Assembly (NCBI GenBank): GCA_018304465.1
Contig: JAGVWC010000007.1
Span: forward strand, 1-22,285
Direction: 5' to 3'
Length of the DNA: 22,285 bases
From: Candidatus Iainarchaeum sp.
Lineage (GTDB): Archaea > Iainarchaeota > Iainarchaeia > Iainarchaeales > JAGVWC01
Part shown: one piece after another, positions 7,945-15,851 of the stretch
Numbering within the stretch: position 1 is the first letter of the stretch
Layout: every line of letters begins with the position of its first letter
The notes under the pieces: model-generated
Told to the model about the DNA's origin: nothing
The model's database searches: none
Seen by the model: only the letters and a program-made list of their open reading frames with translations
Made by a program: the position numbers and the translations under genes

Positions 7945-8745
7945 TCAACGCGTTGTTTTTCGCTTTTTTTGCCCGGATTCACCCGCGTTTTTTTGGAACC
8001 GGGCAAGACGATTTCGAACCGCTTTTTTTGCCCGCGCCAACCGCATCACGTTTAGCGGAAACCGGGAACGCTTTTCACGAATGCCATCCACGACCAACCG
8101 TTGCTGTTCAACCGCCCGACGCAACGCCTCTGAATCTTTTTTGCGTTGGGCCAAGTCCGCGGACGCCAACCGAAACCATTTGTTTCGACGACTCAATTCT
8201 GGTTCCAAAAGCCCATCTTCTTGCAACTTGGTTTTGGCCAATTCCAACAGTTTCACGGCTTTTGCCTCGCCCGCCACCACTTTTTTTAATTCGCGTTGCA
8301 ATTCAAACAACCGCGTGGTCTTTGCACCCAACCGGATCCGAAGCGGATCCATATTCCGCAGTTTGTAATTTTTCCGATGACGAATCCGATCGCGTTTTTC
8401 CGACGGAAGCGAAATCCAGCGCAACGCCATCACGGGAAGCGACAACCGAGACCGCTTGGCCCGCTCAAGATCCGCGTTCTTTCTGATTTTTTCCTTTCGA
8501 TTTTCGGCATACTTTCGACGCAGCGGCTTTAACCGACGCGACCATTTCCGATGCGCACGCACCGCTTTTTCAAGCACCCGCGGATCCCCATCAATGCCAA
8601 GCCGCAAAATCCGCAACTCCAAGTTTTTGACCCGATTCTTGGCTTCTTTCTTTTTTTCAAAAAAAGCCGTTGCACGGACTTCCGCCAACCGCGTTTCCTT
8701 TGAAAGGCGGGACACCCGCGACCGAAAACTACCCGTTCTTGCCAT
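7945..8745 (-). CDS. Hypothetical highly basic, probably helical/coiled-coil protein
   Basis: 266-aa ORF that fills the gap between neighbours. GGTGA RBS 4 nt before the ATG, the same spacing as sufD. About 31% Lys+Arg by hand count. No recognised domain. Confidence 0.7.
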   Translation of the reverse strand: MARTGSFRSRVSRLSKETRLAEVRATAFFEKKKEAKNRVKNLELRILRLGIDGDPRVLEKAVRAHRKWSRRLKPLRRKYAENRKEKIRKNADLERAKRSRLSLPVMALRWISLPSEKRDRIRHRKNYKLRNMDPLRIRLGAKTTRLFELQRELKKVVAGEAKAVKLLELAKTKLQEDGLLEPELSRRNKWFRLASADLAQRKKDSEALRRAVEQQRLVVDGIREKRSRFPLNVMRLARAKKAVRNRLARFQKNAGESGQKKRKTTR

Positions 8746-8760
8746 TCTTTCACCATCGAT

Positions 8761-9462
8761 TCATTCGCGATTAAAAAAAATCCAAAAATAACGCGAACCC
8801 GCGATTTTTTTAAAACCCGCTTTTCGAGCCGCGGCATAAAACTGGCGGCGAGAACCATCCAACGCTTCCAGATCCAATCCTTTCGATCGAAAATAACCTT
8901 CGGACAACGACGGATTGTGTTCGGGCCGCAGCAACGCCACCGCTTCCAATCCTTCGCGGCGAGCAAACGCCACGAATTCCTTTAACACAAAATTCTGCCA
9001 CGGTTCCTTCACGACACGGTTCATTTCATTCACCAACCGCGTTGGAGACGCATACTTTCTCTTCGAAGGCCCCTGCAGACCCATAATCGCCAAAACGGCA
9101 TCCGGACGGAAACGATCAATCGGATGCGAAAACTCGGGTTCGATCGAAGACGTCAACGCGAACTTGATCCGAAACGGATTACGCGGAAACCCCCGGGTCC
9201 AACGCGTCACCGAAAACATCACATTGCCTTCATGGCTGGCTTTTCGCATCGCCAATTTGAACTTCCCGACGGAAAAAGGCTTAAAATCCGCGATAAACTT
9301 CCGATAAAAACGCGGCGGCGCCACGGAGTCGATTCCATACAAGTAACGATACGAATCCGCAATACGCGGCCAATGCCGACGCGTTCTACGCGCCAATAAC
9401 GCCGCGTGCGGAAGCCTCAAAACACGGCCTACCTTTTGCTTAAACGTTTTCGAAGAAGCCAT
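8761..9462 (-). CDS. Hypothetical basic protein; C-terminal half weakly reminiscent of a VirK/YbjX or GNAT-like fold
   Basis: Long ORF. ATG 9462 sits about 27 nt below a TTTTAAAT box; the track start is 9501. Motifs LAIMGLQG, PWQNFVLKEFVAFARREG and FYAAARKAGF. The fold assignment is speculative. Confidence 0.65.
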   Translation of the reverse strand: MASSKTFKQKVGRVLRLPHAALLARRTRRHWPRIADSYRYLYGIDSVAPPRFYRKFIADFKPFSVGKFKLAMRKASHEGNVMFSVTRWTRGFPRNPFRIKFALTSSIEPEFSHPIDRFRPDAVLAIMGLQGPSKRKYASPTRLVNEMNRVVKEPWQNFVLKEFVAFARREGLEAVALLRPEHNPSLSEGYFRSKGLDLEALDGSRRQFYAAARKAGFKKIAGSRYFWIFFNRE

Positions 9463-9535
9463 CCAACCGCATAAAACAACGGCTTCGGATTTAAAAAACA
9501 TTCAACACGACAATACATAACAACCCCTGATTTTC

Positions 9536-10606
9536 ATGAAACCCCCCAAAATCAACCGGTACGGATCGTTTGCCCTGGGTCCCAAGCGAGACGCCTGCAT
9601 CGACTGTCTACAAGGCAAAAAAATGGTCATTTTTATTACAGGTATATGCAACAAACACTGTTTTTACTGCCCCGTGTCCGACGAAAAAATGCGCCGCGAC
9701 AACCCGTTTGCCAACGAACGCCCCTTACGAAACGGACACGAAATCGAAGACCTGCGAGATGAAGCGCATGCGATGAACGCAACCGGTGCCAGCATCACCG
9801 GCGGAGACCCCCTCACCAAAATCGACCGATGCGTCGAATACATCACCGCGCTCAAAAAAGAATTCGGACCCACATTCCACATTCATTTGTACACTTGGGG
9901 CACCTTTGCCACACCTGAAAACGTCAAAAAACTCGAAAAAGCCGGACTTGACGAAATCCGGTTCCACTTATTCAAAGACCCTGATTTCGATCGCATTTTG
10001 CCCGCGCTCAAAACCAAAATGCAAGTAACAGTCGAAGTACCGTGTATTCCGACCAAAGAAAACGAAAAAGAATTATTCGAAATGGTGGAGTACATGAAAC
10101 ACCACAGACTCAAATACTTGAACTTGAACGAACTCGAATTCTCCGACGCGAACTTCGACCGACTGCTTGACACGGGATTCAAACAAGCCAATGACATCGA
10201 ATACCGCGCCAAAGGAAGCCTACAACTCGCGTTTCGCGTCGCGGACCGCTGTCGACCCGAAATCAACGTGAATTTCTGCTCGAGCGCGAACAAATCGTTT
10301 TTACAAATCGGACAACGCATGAAACGCCGCGCCGAAAACACGAAAAAACCATTCGAAAACGTCAACTCCGACGGAATGATCGAAAAATATGCGGTCGAAG
10401 GACCCGGTCTCACCCAGGCGTTGGCTGAAAAAATCGTTTCCCAATACGGAAAAATGATCCGCTACAACCCCGTCAAAAAAAGACTCGAAACCAACGAACA
10501 AAACGCCAAAAAAATCGCCAAAAAATACCATCTGCTGGTCGCGTTCATCCTTGAAATGCCGGCATTCGAACCATGGGACGTCGAAAAAATCCCGCTAAAC
10601 GCATAA
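9536..10606 (+). CDS. Radical SAM protein (conserved archaeal family, COG2108-like)
   Basis: ACIDCLQGKKMVIFITGICNKHCFYCP contains the CxxxCxxC SAM-cluster motif plus an upstream CxxC. Also GASITGGDP, FHIHLYT, GLDEIRFH and LNLNELEFS. Confidence 0.92.
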   Translation: MKPPKINRYGSFALGPKRDACIDCLQGKKMVIFITGICNKHCFYCPVSDEKMRRDNPFANERPLRNGHEIEDLRDEAHAMNATGASITGGDPLTKIDRCVEYITALKKEFGPTFHIHLYTWGTFATPENVKKLEKAGLDEIRFHLFKDPDFDRILPALKTKMQVTVEVPCIPTKENEKELFEMVEYMKHHRLKYLNLNELEFSDANFDRLLDTGFKQANDIEYRAKGSLQLAFRVADRCRPEINVNFCSSANKSFLQIGQRMKRRAENTKKPFENVNSDGMIEKYAVEGPGLTQALAEKIVSQYGKMIRYNPVKKRLETNEQNAKKIAKKYHLLVAFILEMPAFEPWDVEKIPLNA

Positions 10607-10638
10607 AGCCACCAAAACGCGTGTTCAACCGGAAATTA

Positions 10639-11673
10639 TTACAGGACCGCCAATTTTTGCTGTAGTTTTGTCAATGGCAACGCGTCTTGCTCGGCTTTTG
10701 AAAAAAAAACCGCTTGTTTTTCGCCGCTCACCAGCACCCCGTCAAACAACACCGCGATCTGCCGAAAATGCGTATAATCATGACGCACCGATCCGATTTC
10801 TTTGCTCAATTTCACCCGCACCCCGAATTTTTCGAAAAACTTTTCTTCAATCACCTGCTTTGAATCCGAAAGCGGCGCGTATTCCACCAACGGAAACGAA
10901 TAAAGACCCTTCAAAAGCCCTTTTTCATTGGACGCAAGCCACCACCGACCGCCTTGAAAAACACGGATGACCGCAAACGAACGCACGGGACGCGCCGGTT
11001 TCTTGGACGACACCGGCAACTCGGATTGACGGCCTTCCAAAAACGCGATGCAACCCGACTTAATCGGACACTGGGCGCACAACGGAACCTCGGGAACACA
11101 AATCAACGCCCCTAATTCCATCAACGCCTGATTAAACATCCGCGCGCGACCAACGGGAAGAATCGAATCCGCAATCGACTGGAATTTTTTCCGCGAAGAC
11201 GGTTGACGAATATCAACGGCGACCCCGAATACCCGGGCCAACACCCGGAACACGTTTCCATCCAAAACCGCATGATCTTGGTTGAAAGCGATGCTTGACA
11301 CCGCGGCCGCGACATACGGGCCGATTCCCGGCAACTCCAACAACTCAAAATAACCCGACGGAAGAACGCCACCATGTTTTTTCGCCACGATTTTCGCGGC
11401 TTTGTGCAGGTTTCGCGCGCGCGAATAATACCCCAACCCCTCCCAGTACTTGAGCACTTCTTGCTCGGACGCTTTTCCAAGCGCGTTTACCGAAGGAAAT
11501 CGTGTAATAAAACGATCGAAAAACGGCAGGGCCTGATCCACGCGCGTCTGCTGCAACATGATTTCGGAAATCCACACCCAATACGGATCATAGGTTTTTC
11601 GCCAGGGAAGCGGACGCTGGTTTTTTTCAAACCACAAAAGCAATTCATCCGAAGAAAAAACCGTTTGAGTCAT
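10639..11673 (-). CDS. mutY: A/G-specific adenine DNA glycosylase MutY
   Basis: RPLPWR, PYWVWISEIMLQQTRV, WEGLGYYSRARNL, HhH motif LPGIGPY, LDGNVFRVLAR, FNQALMELGALIC, [4Fe-4S] motif CX6CX2CX5C, and a C-terminal NUDIX-like domain with HDYTHF. Start ATG 11673 follows a GGTGG RBS; the track start is 11709. Confidence 0.96.
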   Translation of the reverse strand: MTQTVFSSDELLLWFEKNQRPLPWRKTYDPYWVWISEIMLQQTRVDQALPFFDRFITRFPSVNALGKASEQEVLKYWEGLGYYSRARNLHKAAKIVAKKHGGVLPSGYFELLELPGIGPYVAAAVSSIAFNQDHAVLDGNVFRVLARVFGVAVDIRQPSSRKKFQSIADSILPVGRARMFNQALMELGALICVPEVPLCAQCPIKSGCIAFLEGRQSELPVSSKKPARPVRSFAVIRVFQGGRWWLASNEKGLLKGLYSFPLVEYAPLSDSKQVIEEKFFEKFGVRVKLSKEIGSVRHDYTHFRQIAVLFDGVLVSGEKQAVFFSKAEQDALPLTKLQQKLAVL

Positions 11674-11690
11674 GCAAGCCACCAAAAAAA

Positions 11691-12338
11691 TTAACGATTG
11701 AAAATCCACTCCACGATTTTTGGGATTAGCTCCGGTTGACCATCCAACAACGCGGTCGCATGGCCCCCGGTCTTAAGACGAACGAATTCTTTTTCGGATG
11801 TGACGACTCCGACCAATTCTTTGCTGGAAGAAAACGAATACGGATCATCCGCGCTTGAAATAACCAACAACGGAACCCGGGTTTTGGCAGCGTCGGCTTT
11901 CGGTTTTAAGCCTTTGAAATCAAGCCCCGGCGACAACGCCACAGAACCAAAAAAACCCGGATGACGCGCAGGATACATGATCGCCCAATTCGCGCCGATC
12001 GATCCGCCGACCAAAAAAAAAGCTTCGAATCCTTTTTCCCTTAAAAAAGCGACCGCCGCGTCAAGATCTTTTTCCATATTCAAAAAATCGTTTGGCAAAA
12101 GCGATTGCGGATTGGCCAGAAAACCTTGAGCGCGCGACTCGCCGTGACCACGCCAATCAAACGAGAGGACGGAAAAACCATTGGCCACGAGGGCACGTGT
12201 TAAGGCCCCAAAAACCGATCGGTCGCGGTTAAACGGATGAACCAAAATCACGACTTTTTTCGGATTCACCGGAAAAAAATCGCCTTTGAGAACCACGTGA
12301 TCGGACGTCGTCAACACAACCGGTTCTTGGTTCATCAC
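11691..12338 (-). CDS. Alpha/beta-fold hydrolase
   Basis: VILVHP, FDWRGHGES, nucleophile elbow GGSIG, acid residue in SSADD, His in GGHAT. Confidence 0.9.
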   Translation of the reverse strand: MMNQEPVVLTTSDHVVLKGDFFPVNPKKVVILVHPFNRDRSVFGALTRALVANGFSVLSFDWRGHGESRAQGFLANPQSLLPNDFLNMEKDLDAAVAFLREKGFEAFFLVGGSIGANWAIMYPARHPGFFGSVALSPGLDFKGLKPKADAAKTRVPLLVISSADDPYSFSSSKELVGVVTSEKEFVRLKTGGHATALLDGQPELIPKIVEWIFNR

Positions 12339-12362
12339 ACAAAAAAGCCAGACGTTTTTTTA

Positions 12363-12401
12363 GGGAGTATGGTGCCGGAAAAGCATCCGGCCACCGCTCC
12401 C
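12363..12401. other. GC-rich imperfect hairpin in the intergenic region (terminator or structured RNA element)
   Basis: GGGAG...GGT-GCCGGA-(AAAGCA)-TCCGGC..ACC..CTCCC. Adjacent to C-tracts (G-tracts on the minus strand) and near a 12-bp palindrome GAAAGGCCTTTC at 12443-12454. Confidence 0.5.
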
Positions 12402-12500
12402 CCATCCCCCAATTCCTCCCGCAACCAGCCAATTAGATGTGCGAAAGGCCTTTCTATCCGTGAATGAAACCGCCGTACATAATGGGTCAAACGACGGGAA

Positions 12501-12812
12501 TTACGGGTATGAAAAGCGCAACATGGTCTGGTCGACCGAATTCTTAAGATCGGTCAGGGAATGCTCGACGCCATCCTGAAAATCCTCCCAGGAACGCTCA
12601 CCCGAATTCTTGAGTTCTTCGTAGCGCAGTTGAGCGCGTTCTTGTTTAAACCGCAGATGGGACACCCACTGATGGTATTCAATCTGCAAATAGGCTTCCG
12701 CTTGGGTCGCTTGCTGTGAAAGCTCGTCGACTTTTCCCCGTAATTGCGACAATTGGCTTTCGATTCTCTTTTGGTACACCTCTTTTAACGTAATAAAATC
12801 ACCCCAGGTCAA
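12501..12812 (-). CDS. Small coiled-coil protein resembling the bacterial sll1863-like stress-response family; true start possibly ATT at 12794
   Basis: KEVYQKRIESQL..L..KVDEL...A.QAEA..QIEY...L..KQE.A..RYEELKNSGE.SWEDFQDGVE matches my recollection of this family's pattern. A TATA-like TTTATAAT lies at about 12831-12838 on the minus strand. Confidence 0.7.
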   Translation of the reverse strand: MTWGDFITLKEVYQKRIESQLSQLRGKVDELSQQATQAEAYLQIEYHQWVSHLRFKQERAQLRYEELKNSGERSWEDFQDGVEHSLTDLKNSVDQTMLRFSYP

Positions 12813-12901
12813 AATATTAGAACAAACATATTATAAATTTTATGAATGAGTTATAGACTGTGGGTATTCCCATTGGCCCCATTTCCGCCTAAACCGACCG
12901 A

Positions 12902-13627
12902 TTAGGAACTAAAAAACCGAAAACCGATCCAAATCAATCCGACCAAAACCGGCTGATGAACCAAATACAACACCAACGAATGGCGCCCCAAAAACCCCAA
13001 TAATCGGACCGGGCGCCCAGAAACCCACCCAAACACCCGTGTTTTTTGGCCTTTTGGAAAAAAACGATCCGCGGCCGCAATCCCCAGCAAAAACACGCCA
13101 AACCAGGGAAACAACGGAAAATAATCAAACGTCTGAAACGAAAACGGAAACAACACGATCCAATCCGGAACCCACGTGCCGTTTTGCGAAAACACGATTC
13201 CCGCCGCCACCACTGCGATCCCGGCCCAAAACGAAAACCGAGGACGCGAAACGAACGGAATCGAAAGCATTGTCGCGACCCCCAGCAAATGCAACACCCC
13301 AAACCAAATCACGTAATCCGGAAAAAAAACCAAGGTGAACAAGGTAATCAAAAAACCGATGCCGAGCAAAAACAATCCCCGCGAAACAAAATCCGCGATC
13401 AACCCATAACCATCCAGATTCCGGCGAAACACCCGCACATACAGCGACAACCCCGCGACAAACACGAACAAAAACGCGGCCACGCGGCCCAACCAAAAAA
13501 ACACGCCCGAATACACGTCAAAACGCGGCCCGACGAAAAAATTGTAATCAAACAAAAAATGAAAAAGAATCATGGCCACGATGGCGATTCCGCGCAACGC
13601 ATCGATTTCAATCCAACGCGCGGACAC
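12902..13627 (-). CDS. DUF1624 / heparan-alpha-glucosaminide N-acetyltransferase-like polytopic membrane protein
   Basis: RWIEIDALRGIAIVAMILFHFLFD, FVFVAGLS, FGVLHLLG, DYFPLFPWFG and LGRHSLVLYLVHQP, with multiple TM segments. Confidence 0.9.
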   Translation of the reverse strand: MSARWIEIDALRGIAIVAMILFHFLFDYNFFVGPRFDVYSGVFFWLGRVAAFLFVFVAGLSLYVRVFRRNLDGYGLIADFVSRGLFLLGIGFLITLFTLVFFPDYVIWFGVLHLLGVATMLSIPFVSRPRFSFWAGIAVVAAGIVFSQNGTWVPDWIVLFPFSFQTFDYFPLFPWFGVFLLGIAAADRFFPKGQKTRVFGWVSGRPVRLLGFLGRHSLVLYLVHQPVLVGLIWIGFRFFSS

Positions 13628-13645
13628 AAAAAAAACCTTTCTTCG

Positions 13646-13972
13646 TCAACCAAACGCAGGCAGGAAAAAACGCCACCATAACAAAAGCATCGCCGCAAGC
13701 ATCAAAACCGCGACTTCAAGTTCAAGCGAAACCGTCAAATAATTCGAAAAAGGTTTTTCCGAAACCGATTCGGTTTTTTTCCACCTGGAAAAAAAACGCT
13801 TTTGGCTCGACAATAACAAACCCAAGCTCAAAAACATCAGCAACAGCATCGCACCGGCAATCATGACCAGAAAAACCGAGAAAAGAAATCCCACGACCGC
13901 AAGCAAAAGCCCGGCCAAGGAAAAAATCAATAACACCGGATTCAAAAAACCCGTGAGGCGGTTGGATACCAT
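13646..13972 (-). CDS. Small hypothetical membrane protein (about 3 TM segments)
   Basis: Hydrophobic segments. ATG 13972 lies about 26-30 nt below a TTTAAAAA box; the track start is 14011. Confidence 0.65.
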   Translation of the reverse strand: MVSNRLTGFLNPVLLIFSLAGLLLAVVGFLFSVFLVMIAGAMLLLMFLSLGLLLSSQKRFFSRWKKTESVSEKPFSNYLTVSLELEVAVLMLAAMLLLWWRFFLPAFG

Positions 13973-14046
13973 ATAGTGTTTCAAAGGACAAAAACAATTT
14001 TTAAAGACCACCGAACCGCAAACCCGAAAAAAGAAAGAAAACGGGT

Positions 14047-14280
14047 TTACTTCAAACCCAGGGCTTTCTTAATGGCTTCGCGATTAAAACCAACGATGAT
14101 TTTTCCGTTAATGTCAAGCACGGGCACGCCGGTTTGACCCGATTTCTGGATCATTTCCTCGGCTTTGTCATAATCATCGTCGACGAACACATCGTTAAAC
14201 GAAACCTTGCTTTGTTTGAGATAGTCTTTTGCCATGATGCAATACGGACACGTATGCGTCGAATACACGGTAACAGCCAT
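14047..14280 (-). CDS. Glutaredoxin-like protein (NrdH/YruB type)
   Basis: VTVYSTHTCPYC, SGQTGVPV, INGKIIVGFN. GGAGG RBS upstream. Confidence 0.95.
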   Translation of the reverse strand: MAVTVYSTHTCPYCIMAKDYLKQSKVSFNDVFVDDDYDKAEEMIQKSGQTGVPVLDINGKIIVGFNREAIKKALGLK

Positions 14281-14364
14281 AGTGAGAAAACCTCCTTTGG
14301 AAAAAAATTCTCCGATTGACTACAAAAAATGTGAAACCGCAGGTTTAAAAAAAACTGCCCTGAC

Positions 14365-14384
14365 AATTCAAAAAGATTTGAATT
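14365..14384. promoter_or_regulatory. Perfect 8-4-8 inverted repeat AATTCAAA-AAGA-TTTGAATT; candidate operator between the divergent glutaredoxin and regulator genes
   Basis: Read directly from the sequence. Lies between a minus-strand TATA-like box (about 14344-14352) and a plus-strand ATTAAAAA box (14401-14408). Confidence 0.6.
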
Positions 14385-14444
14385 AACCCCCACCAGCGCA
14401 ATTAAAAATCAGTTTCTACCCCAAACAATAGTTACGGAAAAAAC

Positions 14445-15158
14445 ATGGAACTCGCATTCATTCTCATCGCCCCGTTCAGCAAAGACGCCACAAACATTAT
14501 TCAAAATCAATCCCGCAATTCCATCGTCAAAACATACTTGCTCGCGCCAAAAAACGCGCTTTCGTTCACCCAAGCCGCGGAAGCCGCGTTCAAAAAAAAC
14601 AAAATTCCACTCGAAATCCTCGACGTGGACCAGCCCGACCAGATCGATTCAGTGCACGAACTCCTCGGACAACTCAAACAACGAGAAAGCCAACACCCCA
14701 TGATATTCGACTTAAGCGACGCCTCCGAACCATTGGGCCGGATTGTGTTGTCGTTCGCGCACCTGCACGGACTGCAGGTAACGGAACAACGCAACCACAA
14801 AACCATGGAGTATCCGGTTCCACAACAAGCGTATTTCGAAACACTTTCCGACAAAAAAGTCCAGGTACTCGCGATTTTGGCCAAAAAAGACTGCTGTGAT
14901 TCGCTTGACGACTTGTCGAAAAAACTCAACCTTTCGCCAAGCCTGATCAGCTATCATGTGAACGGAACCGACAAAAACCCCGGGCTTTGGGAACTCGGAC
15001 TCGTGGAACACGTTCGAAAAAACGGAAAAATCGTGCTCAAATTAACAGACCTGGGCCGCTTGCTCGTCAAAGACCCCGATTTGATGGAAAAAGCCAGGTC
15101 ATTAACCCGAAAAGAAAACGAAGACCCGTCGCTGACCAAACCATTCTGGAAAAAATAA
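14445..15158 (+). CDS. Transcriptional regulator with an N-terminal CARF-like Rossmann domain and a C-terminal winged HTH (Csa3/DUF6293-like architecture)
   Basis: N-terminal alternating beta/alpha pattern with IFDLS...LSFAHLHG at the CARF strand-4/helix position. C-terminal LSDKKVQVL...SLDDLSKKLNLSPSLISYHV...GLWELGLVE...LKLTDLGRLL is a winged HTH. A vicinal CC precedes the HTH. Confidence 0.75.
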   Translation: MELAFILIAPFSKDATNIIQNQSRNSIVKTYLLAPKNALSFTQAAEAAFKKNKIPLEILDVDQPDQIDSVHELLGQLKQRESQHPMIFDLSDASEPLGRIVLSFAHLHGLQVTEQRNHKTMEYPVPQQAYFETLSDKKVQVLAILAKKDCCDSLDDLSKKLNLSPSLISYHVNGTDKNPGLWELGLVEHVRKNGKIVLKLTDLGRLLVKDPDLMEKARSLTRKENEDPSLTKPFWKK

Positions 15159-15177
15159 AAAACAAAAAAAAACACGC

Positions 15178-15840
15178 TTATTGTTTAAGCGCGTCTTCGA
15201 CGGCACGTTCGATTTCGGACTGATTAAACCCGTCGATTCTTTTTCCGTTCACGAAAAAACTCGGAGTCGAATACACGCCGAACCGAACCGCGTCATCCAT
15301 GTCTTTTTGGATTTTCGGAACAAACTTTCGAGACGCAATACACGCATCAAATTTTTCCATATCCAAACCAATCGACTCGGCCTGGTTCCGAATCGCGTCT
15401 CTTCCGATCGGAGACCACGTCGACTGATTCAAAAACAAAGCGTCGTGCATTTCCCAAAACTTTCCCTGTTCATTCGCGCATTCGGACGCTTCGGCCGCAG
15501 CCACGGCGAACGGGTGGGTTCCAACGAGCGGAAAATGCCGATACACAAATTTGATTTCCGTATTATACCGCTCTACTAAATCCTGGATCGGACGAAACGC
15601 GGTGCCACACGCGGGACATTGGAAATCCGAAAACTCGACCACCACGACTTTCGCATCCGGATTGGCTTTCACGTGCCCCTGGAACGAAAGTTCTTCGTTC
15701 GAAAAAGTGGTGTCAGACGGAGGCGCGTTTGGGGCCAGCACGATCGCGCCGATGATTCCCAACACCACCAAAACAACGCCGATCCCAAGATACAAACCCC
15801 AGTTGCTTTCCTTTTTCCGGGCCTCTTGCGACTGCTTCAA
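15178..15840 (-). CDS. dsbA: Membrane-anchored DsbA-family thiol-disulfide oxidoreductase; true start possibly ATA at 15855
   Basis: N-terminal TM, VVEFSDFQCPACG, YRHFPL, AAEASECANEQGKFWEMHDALF, and cis-Pro loop GVYSTPSFFVNG. Confidence 0.92.
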   Translation of the reverse strand: MKQSQEARKKESNWGLYLGIGVVLVVLGIIGAIVLAPNAPPSDTTFSNEELSFQGHVKANPDAKVVVVEFSDFQCPACGTAFRPIQDLVERYNTEIKFVYRHFPLVGTHPFAVAAAEASECANEQGKFWEMHDALFLNQSTWSPIGRDAIRNQAESIGLDMEKFDACIASRKFVPKIQKDMDDAVRFGVYSTPSFFVNGKRIDGFNQSEIERAVEDALKQ

Positions 15841-15851
15841 GGTTTTCTTGC

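Noticed and set aside
10835-10862. PIP-box in MutY (KQVIEEKFF)
   Set aside because: Q and FF are in register, but position 4 is Glu rather than the required aliphatic residue, and the segment is internal to the NUDIX-like domain.
12370-12445. tRNA gene suggested by a minus-strand ...CCGGCACCA end
   Set aside because: There is no T-arm (GTTCRA) at the expected distance and no cloverleaf. The CCGGCACC is simply one arm of a local hairpin.
12339-12500. SRP RNA or RNase P RNA (CCGGAA..AGCA and GAGGAA look-alikes)
   Set aside because: The region is too short and lacks the complete SRP helix-8 and RNase P GAGGAA-N-N-UCC consensus.
14445-15158. CRISPR-Cas locus implied by a Csa3-like regulator
   Set aside because: No repeat-spacer array and no cas genes appear anywhere in the window.
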